From positions 1 to 41,974 of the IMG/VR virus record IMGVR_UViG_3300044475_000019: DNA of 41,974 nucleotides; one strand, given 5' to 3'. The notes beneath the pieces were generated by a model, which did no database searches, had not been told where the DNA came from, and saw only the letters and a list, made by a program, of their open reading frames with translations. This stretch comes from a virus (Duplodnaviria; Caudoviricetes). Positions within the stretch are counted from its first letter, which is position 1; every line of letters begins with the position of its first letter. Made by a program: the position numbers and the translations under genes. Below, piece after piece: positions 7,509 to 15,710 of the stretch.

Positions 7509-8771
7509 TTAGGCCCGACCGAACCGGCCGAGGTTGAACTGGTCCACGGTGGCGGCAGAGTCCTGCGCCATCTGCGGAGAGTGCTTGGCCGGCGCCCGGC
7601 GGTCTTTCAGTGCGTTGAACATGGTGCGCAACCCAGGTGCGGGCATGTCCTTGTGCTCCACGCTCATCTGATCCAGTGCGAAGCGGTATACTTGCTCGGC
7701 GGAGTCCATACCGATGACGTCGCCGACGATCGGGCGGACATCGACTTTGGCCTGCTCCAGTTGCTTGAAGCCGACGCGCATGGAGTCCATTGCAGCCTCA
7801 ACAGTGGCGTTTACGTCTTCCGGTTTCATGGCTGGCACTTCGTCTTTGGCGCTGCCCATCATGCCCTTGACGGCTTCCAGGTCTTCCGGCGACAGCTTTC
7901 CAGCCAGGAAGGCCATCAGATCCGGCTCATCTTGGCCCATCTCGCGCTCCAGCTCTACAGGCTCCGGCGACTCTTCAACGCCGAGCACGGCATCAATGAT
8001 CTCGTCGGCCTGCTCGGGCTCGATGTCGGAGTCCATGGCAATCAGACCCTTGCGGACTGCTGCCTTGTTGAAGGTTCCTTTCTTGGCTTCCCCCACCAAG
8101 GCCGGGAGTCCGGAGTCTTGGGCGATTTTCGGGGACAGGCCGCGAAGGGAGACAAAGAGGGCTTTGCCCAGCTTGGTCATTTTCATGGCGGGAGTTTCCT
8201 TTGGTTTTGTAATAACAGTTTTGTGATCGGCGACGATCACATCGGATCCGGCCCTCCCTGCTTCAACTATCGTCAGGTGATTGCCTCGGATGTTGCGCAT
8301 GACCCCATCATACAATTCCCCATCCGGGGATGTTCCAGGGGTCATATCTGGATCGTAATAATACCCGCAAGACAACTCGCACTGTTTTTTTGACTCAATG
8401 GCGGCAATGCCGGCCGCATCCCAAATGCACATTGAAGCCTGCAAGTATTCTCCATCAAAAGCCACATCAGACCCAATTGACCCGATTATGTTTTCTTTCT
8501 GGGGGACTTCCGCCGTCACCCGGATGTGCTTGTTGAGTATTTGGATATTATTGAAAGTTGATGCCCCCTTGGCCAGCTCATCGGGATCTCGGTACAGGCT
8601 GTAAACCTTGTCGCCATCGAGCCCCAGCTGTTGCCACCCCGGAATCTCGCGACCGTAATAAGGGTTCACCACGGCCTTGCTGATGTTGGTCTTGGAAACG
8701 TGCAGGCGCCCGTCAGCATCAACACTGCGGGCGGATTGCCGGTCGAAGGCCATCAGATTTGGATTTGGCAT
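7509..8771 (-). CDS. DUF2213 prohead protease / scaffold
   Basis: DGRLHV, YYGREIP, ELSCGY and GNHLTIVEAGRAG motifs; acidic helical C-terminal half. Confidence 0.88.
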   Translation of the reverse strand: MPNPNLMAFDRQSARSVDADGRLHVSKTNISKAVVNPYYGREIPGWQQLGLDGDKVYSLYRDPDELAKGASTFNNIQILNKHIRVTAEVPQKENIIGSIGSDVAFDGEYLQASMCIWDAAGIAAIESKKQCELSCGYYYDPDMTPGTSPDGELYDGVMRNIRGNHLTIVEAGRAGSDVIVADHKTVITKPKETPAMKMTKLGKALFVSLRGLSPKIAQDSGLPALVGEAKKGTFNKAAVRKGLIAMDSDIEPEQADEIIDAVLGVEESPEPVELEREMGQDEPDLMAFLAGKLSPEDLEAVKGMMGSAKDEVPAMKPEDVNATVEAAMDSMRVGFKQLEQAKVDVRPIVGDVIGMDSAEQVYRFALDQMSVEHKDMPAPGLRTMFNALKDRRAPAKHSPQMAQDSAATVDQFNLGRFGRA

Positions 8772-8801
8772 TGTCTGAACCACGTTTCATGAACTGCAAC
8801 A

Positions 8802-8830
8802 ATGATAGGGCTTCGGTGATTTATTTGCAA
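8802..8830 (-). promoter_or_regulatory. Sigma70-like promoter for head genes
   Basis: TTGCAA-17 nt-TATCAT on the minus strand. Confidence 0.6.
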
Positions 8831-8895
8831 TCAGGGTTGACAGGCTGCATTTATTGCGCAATTATTCTTGCGTTAATTCAACAGGAGCAACAACA

Positions 8896-9066
8896 ATGAG
8901 CACTTGGGCACTGGTAGTGGTAATGAAATATGCAATACACGTGGCTTCTTTCAACAACATCGTCATTGGCGGTTTTGGCAGTCAACAGAAATGCGAAGAG
9001 GCGGCCAAGCAAATTAGCACGGATAGCGACTACGAGCGCCACATCTGCTTGGAGGTTAAGCAATGA
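8896..9066 (+). CDS. Small hypothetical protein (moron)
   Basis: ACAGGAG RBS; MSTWALVVV...FGSQQKCEEAA...C; ATGA overlap with the next gene. Confidence 0.7.
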   Translation: MSTWALVVVMKYAIHVASFNNIVIGGFGSQQKCEEAAKQISTDSDYERHICLEVKQ

Positions 9067-9884
9067 AACTCACCAAAAGCAAGCAAGCCCTCGCCGACGC
9101 AATCCACGCTAGCGGTAAAGGCTGGCCGGATGGGGCGAAATTTTCAGCTCAAGACGGGAGGTTAAAGGCAATATGCTTTTATGCCAACAGAAAACCGCAA
9201 AGACCAAAGCGCGGTGAGACCGAATGGCGTAGCCCGACTGGAACTGGGTTTATGTTCGGTACTAGCGTGATTGCGCAACTAGTCATACCCAACTGGCATC
9301 AAACCATCTTGAGCCGCGACGAGTATTTCAGCGCGTATCCGGCAGAGCCGGTTGCTGATGCTGATGGGTGGATTGAGTGGGGTGGTGGTGAGTGCCCAGT
9401 ATCTTGCGATGACATTGTAGATGTTGCGTTTGCGTACTCAACTGACGGTGCAAAATCAATTTCTGCTGTGGCTAAGGGACTTAGATGGAGTAAACGCGGC
9501 CTTGGAGGCGACATAATTGCTTACCGCCTGCACAATCCAGAGGTTAAGCCAGAGTTCTGCGAATCGGTAACGCGCAGCATTCCAGAACCACCTGCAAAAC
9601 CCACCATCGAGCAGCTCGCCGCCGACTACCGCAACAAGCTGGACTTTGCCAACCGCAAGAAACTGGAGGCGGAAGACGCCAAGGCTGTGGCAGATGCCGC
9701 GCTGGGTGAGTTGGTTGCCGCTGGCGAGGCGCTGGGGTTGGTGATTGGCGTTTCTGCCACCACAAAATTCACCGGAAAGTTCCATAGCGTAAAGCACGGA
9801 GATCGCCCAAGCGACTTAGATATGATTTGCGATGGATGCGGAAAGAGATTTGGACATCATGTGGGGTTTGACTGCCGCCCCTAA
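9063..9884 (+). CDS. Modular phage hypothetical protein
   Basis: 273 aa; GWIEWGGGECPV...DIIAYRL module, coiled segment, C-terminal CxxC...H...C. Confidence 0.75.
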   Translation: MKLTKSKQALADAIHASGKGWPDGAKFSAQDGRLKAICFYANRKPQRPKRGETEWRSPTGTGFMFGTSVIAQLVIPNWHQTILSRDEYFSAYPAEPVADADGWIEWGGGECPVSCDDIVDVAFAYSTDGAKSISAVAKGLRWSKRGLGGDIIAYRLHNPEVKPEFCESVTRSIPEPPAKPTIEQLAADYRNKLDFANRKKLEAEDAKAVADAALGELVAAGEALGLVIGVSATTKFTGKFHSVKHGDRPSDLDMICDGCGKRFGHHVGFDCRP

Positions 9885-9920
9885 CAACAAGGACCCGTCA
9901 CATCAAAAATAGGAGAGCTT

Positions 9921-10061
9921 ATGCCGTTGCGGGAAGAAGAAGTAAAAAACAGAAGAAACATCATAAATCTTTACCAGTCCGGAATGACTGTAAGGCAAGT
10001 TGCTGAGGCAACAAGATCCACCAAAGGTCACGTCCGTCGAACTTTAAGTGGCAATCAGTAA
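9921..10061 (+). CDS. Small helix-turn-helix protein, 46 aa
   Basis: GGAGAG RBS; MPLREEEVKNRRNIINLYQSGMTVRQVAEATRSTKGHVRRTLSGNQ; below the ORF-track cutoff. Confidence 0.7.
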   Translation: MPLREEEVKNRRNIINLYQSGMTVRQVAEATRSTKGHVRRTLSGNQ

Positions 10062-10065
10062 CAAC

Positions 10066-10092
10066 AAGGCCCCATCACGGGGCCTTTTCTTT
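10066..10092 (+). terminator. Intrinsic terminator between convergent genes
   Basis: AAGGCCCC-ATCAC-GGGGCCTT followed by TTCTTTT. Confidence 0.75.
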
Positions 10093-10868
10093 TAGAGCGG
10101 AAGCACGCTTTTGCTCACACACCTGCAGTTAATCTCCTCGCCCGGCAAGATGTGCTTGCCGTCGATGAGGCACCCCTTCGCTATCTCGAACTTCCGACCA
10201 TCAGCCGCAACATGTGACTTTCTGGGCTCTTTCCCTCCATGCGAGTGCTGCCATATGGCCTCGGTGATCCCGAGCTCTTGGCGGCGAGCCTGCGTGGTCA
10301 CGGCATTTAGCTTGTTGGACTGGTCGCGAGCAATCGTGACCGCCCTCCGCCGAGTGATGCCATACCGCGCCTGCAGCTCGCTGGTTATCTCCTGCAGGTC
10401 TCGCCCACGAGTGTAGCCACGCATCACAATCCCCTCAACCTCTAGGAAATACTGCTGAGGTATCGACTTGATTAGCGCCACGTTCTCCACCACGGCTGCC
10501 TTTGCCACGTCCTGCATCGCTCTGGTCATCTTGAAGTCAACCGACCAACCGGCATCATTGAGCGCATTCTGGAACGAGTTGTCAGTCGCCTTGATGGACC
10601 CGGCAGCGAATCTCTTGGCGATGTCGGCTGCCATGTCGTTGAATTTGGCGACCCATCGCTTCGATAGTTCGCGAACCCTGGCGGCCATCTCGGCGGCGGG
10701 CAGCGCGTCCATGGCAACCTCTGGCGGCGCTTGCCTGTACTGGGCTGCCATCCAGTATTCCGCCGAATTGCTCATCTCCTTGATGAGTGCTTCAAGTTCT
10801 TTCCGATACCGGCTTTCGACCCCCCGGTTGGCGTGAATGGCGCGGACAGTTTTTGGTTTGGTTGCCAT
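10092..10868 (-). CDS. Head morphogenesis protein (SPP1 gp7 / Mu gpF-like)
   Basis: IARDQ, R..H...DG and PGEEINCRC motifs; follows the portal. Confidence 0.9.
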   Translation of the reverse strand: MATKPKTVRAIHANRGVESRYRKELEALIKEMSNSAEYWMAAQYRQAPPEVAMDALPAAEMAARVRELSKRWVAKFNDMAADIAKRFAAGSIKATDNSFQNALNDAGWSVDFKMTRAMQDVAKAAVVENVALIKSIPQQYFLEVEGIVMRGYTRGRDLQEITSELQARYGITRRRAVTIARDQSNKLNAVTTQARRQELGITEAIWQHSHGGKEPRKSHVAADGRKFEIAKGCLIDGKHILPGEEINCRCVSKSVLPL

Positions 10869-12631
10869 TACCGGCCTCCCCCGCCAGGCACCGCATCCGG
10901 CTCTTGTGCTCCAATCTTCGCAGCCTCAGCCACCTGAACTTCCGGCACGTTCTCTGGCGGCACCAGCATCTTGTCAGCCTCTTCCTTGCTGATACCAAAC
11001 GAATGCAGCAGAACGGCCTCCGCCGCTTCAACTGACAGGGTTCCGGCTGCCACGCTCTGGGATATTTCCACCATCGAGCTAACCTGCGCACCGTTCATGG
11101 CACCCTTGTTTTGCTCCATCACCTCGGTATCAGCAAACTCATCATCAAACATCCCGGGCTCCACTATCTCCAGCTCGCCGTCGATATTGTCCCATCCGGA
11201 GTCAGGGTCATCCGCAAGGTTCTGTCGTGCCTCGCTGGCATCGATCACCCCGTTGGTGATGTAAATAGCAGCCTCCTCGGCTCTGGCGCGACGAATCTCG
11301 CTCTCTTCCTTCGCGCTGGTCTGCCACAGCGACTTGAACTTGAAGGTGATGCTGTCATCAATCTCGCCCCACAGGTGCAGCTGGATAACCTTTAGGCAGG
11401 TGTCAATGGGCTGGGCGTAATAGGCCTCCTGCATGGCCGCAATCCAGTCGTAGAACGCGCGGATCTCACCCTCGCTCGACGCATTCAAACCGGACGGGCT
11501 GATGCCGGTCAGTATCATTGCTGGGATGCGGCTCACCGAGCACATATGCTCCTGCGCCTGCGCCTGCAGTTCGTGAAGGCCAGAAAGCGGGGTATTCACC
11601 TGCACGATGTCCTCGGCATCCTTGTCCATCACCCCCATTCCCAAGTTGGAGAAGGTGTTGACGTAGATGTCGAGACGATCGAACAGGTCTCCGCCGTCGC
11701 CGCCGTTGAGTACCTGGGTCATGTCTGTCTTGAGGAAAGTGCGGGAGAATTTGTCGATCAAGTCGCTTACCGCCTGCCGGGTGCGCAGCCAGTTCTCAAC
11801 GTAGGGCTGGGCCAGTTGGCTCATCGACATGCCAGAGAAGTTGTAGGCAGGCTTGAGCATGTCCGGCAACGGTCGGGTGATGATGGTCAGCAGGCGGGAG
11901 GCGTGGATGTCGCGTCCCAGCATCCACCAGTGGGTTGGCTTGTAGAAGTCCGGCGCGGTCGGGTCGAGCGCGTTATACATGCTCGGGCTCGTCCACATGG
12001 CTTCCACCGGCGTGAAGTCGCGCAGGCTGCCTTTGGTAATGGTGCGCGGGTCAAGGATGAGCGGCAGCGAGATGTCAGCCCCCTTTATGTTTATGGAGAT
12101 CTGCCCCCGCCCGAACAACGCCTCCTGCTCGGCAGCCTGCCGGAACACGGATCGCAGGTTGAAATATTCGAGAGCCTCCTCAAGTTGCTTGATCTTCTCG
12201 GCAAGGGTTTTGGCGTCGGTGCCATCCTTGTTGCAGATCTCAATCCACTCCCGAGTCAGTTCGGTGCTGATGGTGGAGGCAAAGGCCCGATACTCTGGGC
12301 GGGTTGCCAGAGCAGCCAGGTTCTGGTACCCGGGGAAAGGCTGGATATTGGCCGAGTACAGACCTCCTGCTGCAGAGTTCAGAAACTGGTAAGTCGGACC
12401 ACACAGGGAGTCCATGGCGACGGCGGGGGTTTCGCCTTTTGGCACCACGCCGGGCATCAGCGTTGGGGGTTCCCAGCGCACAGCAGCATCCCGCGCGCGC
12501 TTCTCCATAGAGCGCAGCTTGGCGCGGGACATGGCGCGCTTTCGGGCTTTCTCCTGCTCCTCCTTTCTCGCCAGCTCTACCGCCGCATCAATGGCCGCCT
12601 GCTGATTCTTCTTGCTGTCAAATGGCCACAT
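10868..12631 (-). CDS. Portal protein (DUF1073 family)
   Basis: LSGL, IPAMILTGISPSGLNASSEGEIRAFYD motifs; directly downstream of terL. Confidence 0.9.
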   Translation of the reverse strand: MWPFDSKKNQQAAIDAAVELARKEEQEKARKRAMSRAKLRSMEKRARDAAVRWEPPTLMPGVVPKGETPAVAMDSLCGPTYQFLNSAAGGLYSANIQPFPGYQNLAALATRPEYRAFASTISTELTREWIEICNKDGTDAKTLAEKIKQLEEALEYFNLRSVFRQAAEQEALFGRGQISINIKGADISLPLILDPRTITKGSLRDFTPVEAMWTSPSMYNALDPTAPDFYKPTHWWMLGRDIHASRLLTIITRPLPDMLKPAYNFSGMSMSQLAQPYVENWLRTRQAVSDLIDKFSRTFLKTDMTQVLNGGDGGDLFDRLDIYVNTFSNLGMGVMDKDAEDIVQVNTPLSGLHELQAQAQEHMCSVSRIPAMILTGISPSGLNASSEGEIRAFYDWIAAMQEAYYAQPIDTCLKVIQLHLWGEIDDSITFKFKSLWQTSAKEESEIRRARAEEAAIYITNGVIDASEARQNLADDPDSGWDNIDGELEIVEPGMFDDEFADTEVMEQNKGAMNGAQVSSMVEISQSVAAGTLSVEAAEAVLLHSFGISKEEADKMLVPPENVPEVQVAEAAKIGAQEPDAVPGGGGR

Positions 12632-12662
12632 GTGGCGCTCCTCGTTGATATCTGGTTGATTG

Positions 12663-13946
12663 CTATCTGCGCACAGGATACCGCATGGCGCGGGCCTTGG
12701 CTTTATCGGAAATCCGAATCTTGCCGCGGTTCTTCATGACCTGCTCCAGGCCATAGCGGATAGAGTCGATGTAGTGGTTGAACTTGTCCAGGATGATCTT
12801 GGTGACATCGCCGGTCAGGCGGTCCACCTTGTAGCTGTAGCGCTGGAACTCGCGAGCGGTCTCTTGGCAACGTGGGTGGATCACCACCATGGCGAAGCTC
12901 TTGATGAACTCAATGCCGTCCTCCACGCTCCCCTTGCCCTTGTCCACGCCAATGATGCCAGGTATGTTCTTGCGCTTCCCGTCATGGTCGGCCCGCTTAA
13001 GGTAGCTGATGGACTCAGGGCGTGCGCTGTCGGCGCGCACCGTCTCTCGGTCAAACATGGGGATGCGCTTGCAGATGTAGTCGGCCGTGTGGTCCAGCTC
13101 AAGGCCTGTTTTTCCTGCCTCGAACTCAACATAGAGCACGTCACCATGAATCCAGCACTGGGTTGCCGCTGTTGGGTCTTGGGAGAAGCCGAAGTCCAGT
13201 CCGTTGTATGGCCCGTCCCAGTCGTCCCCGTGGGTGAACTCGCGCACCTCGTACTTGCCGGCGAATATCTGAGCCTGAGAGTTCTTGCGGTATGCACCCT
13301 CCCACACCCATGCGTAGGTGGGGCCGTCCAGCCGGTTGTAGTCGTTAAGGCGCTCCTGCTCGAGCACGTCCGGGAACCATGGATTGTCGGAGTAGTTCAT
13401 TTCGACAATGCAGGCGTTCTCAGGCGGCGACATGCGGAACCGCTGATTGGTCGGGCTCTCCTCGTCCTCTGGGTTCCAGGTGATCCATACCTCAGAGTTC
13501 TCTGCTCGCACGGTTGGAAGGAGCTTTGACCACGCCATTTCCGAAACGCTCTCCGCCTCATCAATCCAAGCGATAAGGATCCGCGCTTTGGATTTGATGC
13601 TATCCAGGTTGTGGCGAAGGCCGCAGAACACGTAGGAGACGCGGCGGTCTTTGGTTCGGATGAACTTCTCGCCAATGTCGAAGAAGGCATCCAGCCAGGG
13701 GGTTTCCCTGATAGCCTGCTTGATCTCCTCCATGGACGAGTCTTCCAGCGAGTTCATGAACTCCCGCCCGCAGAGCACGACGCCACTGACTCCAGCCTGG
13801 GCGAACATCATCGCCCGGACGGCGGTCATCTTGGCGAAGGTGCGCGTCTTGGCGCTACCCCGTCCTCCGTAGCTACCCCGGTACCGGAAGTTACCAGTGA
13901 AGACGGGGATAAGCTTTGGCGGTACCTCAAGCCTCGCTGTCGTCAT
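12663..13946 (-). CDS. terL: Terminase large subunit (PBSX family)
   Basis: Walker A GGRGSAKT, Walker B WIDEAE, TWNP, nuclease GLDFGF and NHYIDSIRY. Confidence 0.95.
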   Translation of the reverse strand: MTTARLEVPPKLIPVFTGNFRYRGSYGGRGSAKTRTFAKMTAVRAMMFAQAGVSGVVLCGREFMNSLEDSSMEEIKQAIRETPWLDAFFDIGEKFIRTKDRRVSYVFCGLRHNLDSIKSKARILIAWIDEAESVSEMAWSKLLPTVRAENSEVWITWNPEDEESPTNQRFRMSPPENACIVEMNYSDNPWFPDVLEQERLNDYNRLDGPTYAWVWEGAYRKNSQAQIFAGKYEVREFTHGDDWDGPYNGLDFGFSQDPTAATQCWIHGDVLYVEFEAGKTGLELDHTADYICKRIPMFDRETVRADSARPESISYLKRADHDGKRKNIPGIIGVDKGKGSVEDGIEFIKSFAMVVIHPRCQETAREFQRYSYKVDRLTGDVTKIILDKFNHYIDSIRYGLEQVMKNRGKIRISDKAKARAMRYPVRR

Positions 13947-14364
13947 CGGCGGGGCCTACCAGTTGGATTACGGTGGGGGTGAGTGCAGAGCCACCAGGGC
14001 CGGTGTGCTCAATGATCTGCTTATCCAGCCCCAGCAACTTGGCTTTGCCCATGGTGGCGGCAGTGGCGGCGGCGGCCTGGGGCGTCTCGGCGCATAGGGC
14101 AGCCTGACGGTTCTCTTCCAGCTCGGCGAGGAGGGTGTCGACGGTGATCTGGTTGCGCTTGGCGTTCTTCTCTTGGAGCTCGGCCACGCGAGCGGCTACG
14201 TGGTCACGACCGAACAGCTCGCAAGACTTGACGGCCACCACTGTCGGCTTCCATTTCTGCGAGCGCGGGTAGGCTTCTCGGTAGGCGTCAGCCTGCGTCA
14301 TTCCCTTTACCAGGGCTTGGCAAGCGACCTCTTCTTGTGCGTTGCATTTTCTCATCATCTTCAT
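13927..14364 (-). CDS. terS: Terminase small subunit
   Basis: N-terminal HTH (QADAYREAY), GKAKLLGL, EHTGPGG; overlaps terL start; exact start uncertain among 14355/14358/14364. Confidence 0.85.
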   Translation of the reverse strand: MKMMRKCNAQEEVACQALVKGMTQADAYREAYPRSQKWKPTVVAVKSCELFGRDHVAARVAELQEKNAKRNQITVDTLLAELEENRQAALCAETPQAAAATAATMGKAKLLGLDKQIIEHTGPGGSALTPTVIQLVGPADDDSEA

Positions 14365-14411
14365 CGCTATTACCGAAATGTTACCGCCAAGTCTACCACT
14401 TTTCGCGCCGC

Positions 14412-14438
14412 AATAAAAAAGCCCCTCGAGTGAGGGGC
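14412..14438 (-). terminator. Intrinsic terminator closing the non-coding unit
   Basis: GCCCCTC-ACTC-GAGGGGC followed by TTTTTTATT. Confidence 0.85.
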
Positions 14439-14862
14439 GAAAACAGCGGGAGCTGTTGGGGTGTTGCGCAGGATATTCCACAACTGGGGTTGCACTGGCG
14501 GAGCTCCAATCTCGTTACCTTCATTGCCGGAGTGGGCATTTGAAACACAATGCAACCTCAGTTGTGTGCTCTCCGCTACACCTCTCGGTGGTGCTCGGAG
14601 CTTGCCAGAATGCCACTGGCTTGAGACGGATCGCCTCCTGTCTGTTTCCTTGTCGGGGGAAACTAGTGCCGGTTACAGCGTCCGGCGAGCTATGGCGGCG
14701 TATCGGCTACTGCCAGTGCCTGCTCTGTTGTGGTGGCCGGCGCTGAACTCCGGCTTGCTGATTTCGAGGGCTAAGCCTCAACGCCCCTAAGGGTCAGTGT
14801 CGTACCAGATAGCTATCAGCCCGCGCAGTACATAGCTATCCATCAGCCTGCGCATTCACCAC
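14412..14862 (-). ncRNA. Candidate ~450-nt structured non-coding RNA (or ncRNA array)
   Basis: Own promoter and terminator, no credible ORF, dense helices (see findings). Confidence 0.65.
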
Positions 14863-14868
14863 GGACCC

Positions 14869-14897
14869 ATTGTGCAATGCAGCACGAATCATTGCAA
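14869..14897 (-). promoter_or_regulatory. Sigma70-like promoter of the ncRNA unit
   Basis: A-rich UP-like tract, TTGCAA-17 nt-CACAAT; predicted start ~14862. Confidence 0.65.
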
Positions 14898-14909
14898 GCT
14901 ATTTTGTTT

Positions 14910-15101
14910 TTATTTATCACCCTCCGCCAAATCCACAGTAAACGCCCGATAGGTCGTCATTACCAGTGCCAGATCTGCCGGATCCGGCTTATCCACCACC
15001 ATGGCCTTGCCCATCAACTTGACGCCGTAGCCTCGATCCTGCAGGTAGTAAGCGCCGTGCTGGGCATCGCATTCGGTGAGGAATTCGAGTTTTACTTGCA
15101 C
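14910..15101 (-). CDS. Hypothetical protein
   Basis: GAGG RBS, 63 aa, last gene of an overlapping leftward series. Confidence 0.7.
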   Translation of the reverse strand: MQVKLEFLTECDAQHGAYYLQDRGYGVKLMGKAMVVDKPDPADLALVMTTYRAFTVDLAEGDK

Positions 15102-15382
15102 TGCATGGCCTCGTCGATGTGGAGCTCAATCATTGCTGAGTTATCCGGAGCTGGCCCTTCAAAATAAAGCTCCCAGTCAATTCCGCACCTGCCTACACCA
15201 AGCTGGCCATTCGCCTTAATCCACCGATACCGTGCAGCGTCTTTTTCTGCTTGGCGTAGGCGTATGATTAGCTCTTGCATGGCGTGAATGGGATTTTCGT
15301 TTACGGTGTATGGATTTACAGTTCCTCGATTAATCTCGTATTTGCAAAGTTTCTCAAGCTCATCAATATCCAAATCAATCAT
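15092..15382 (-). CDS. Hypothetical protein with Ead/Ea22-like EKDAARYRW motif
   Basis: GGAG RBS; DAARYRW...IDEAM motif common in phage early genes. Confidence 0.7.
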   Translation of the reverse strand: MIDLDIDELEKLCKYEINRGTVNPYTVNENPIHAMQELIIRLRQAEKDAARYRWIKANGQLGVGRCGIDWELYFEGPAPDNSAMIELHIDEAMQCK

Positions 15383-15385
15383 CTC

Positions 15386-15661
15386 TCACTCCTCCAACAC
15401 CACTTGCCCGCCCGCCATCTCTTCCAGCATGCGCCGCAGGTGATGCAGACACCCCGCCGGAAATGGCTGCTTGGCCAGCCCTTTGAAAATCAGATAAACC
15501 CGCTTGTGCTCAACCAGCCCAGGCAGCAGCCTGTTGACGCAGCGGCGGATCGCCGTGTTTACTTTCCCCTTGCGATGCACCTCGGCGCAAAGCTCAATCG
15601 TTACCAGGGCTGACAGATATGCGCACGCCTCGGCGTCGCGCGATGTGTAGGTTGTGGTCAC
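15386..15661 (-). CDS. Hypothetical protein
   Basis: Probable GTG start at 15661 (MTTTYTSRD) after AGGGGA. Confidence 0.65.
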   Translation of the reverse strand: MTTTYTSRDAEACAYLSALVTIELCAEVHRKGKVNTAIRRCVNRLLPGLVEHKRVYLIFKGLAKQPFPAGCLHHLRRMLEEMAGGQVVLEE

Positions 15662-15710
15662 TTCATTCCCCTGTGTGGCTGCCGCCCCTCGCGAGGCGGC
15701 TTGTTGTTGG

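Noticed and set aside
10868-12631. Anti-CBASS Acb1 annotation sometimes attached to DUF1073 proteins
   Set aside because: Size, motifs and position between terL and gp7 indicate a portal
7284-13529. Long plus-strand ORFs (7284..8393, 11546..12739, 12660..13529)
   Set aside because: Antisense shadows of well-supported structural genes in GC-rich DNA
14370-14790. ORFs 14370..14555, 14456..14746 and 14461..14790
   Set aside because: Non-ATG starts, no RBS, non-protein-like composition; region better explained as structured RNA
14730-14862. Canonical tRNA gene
   Set aside because: No D-arm/anticodon cloverleaf and no GTTCRA 7-nt T-loop; kept only as a tRNA-like module
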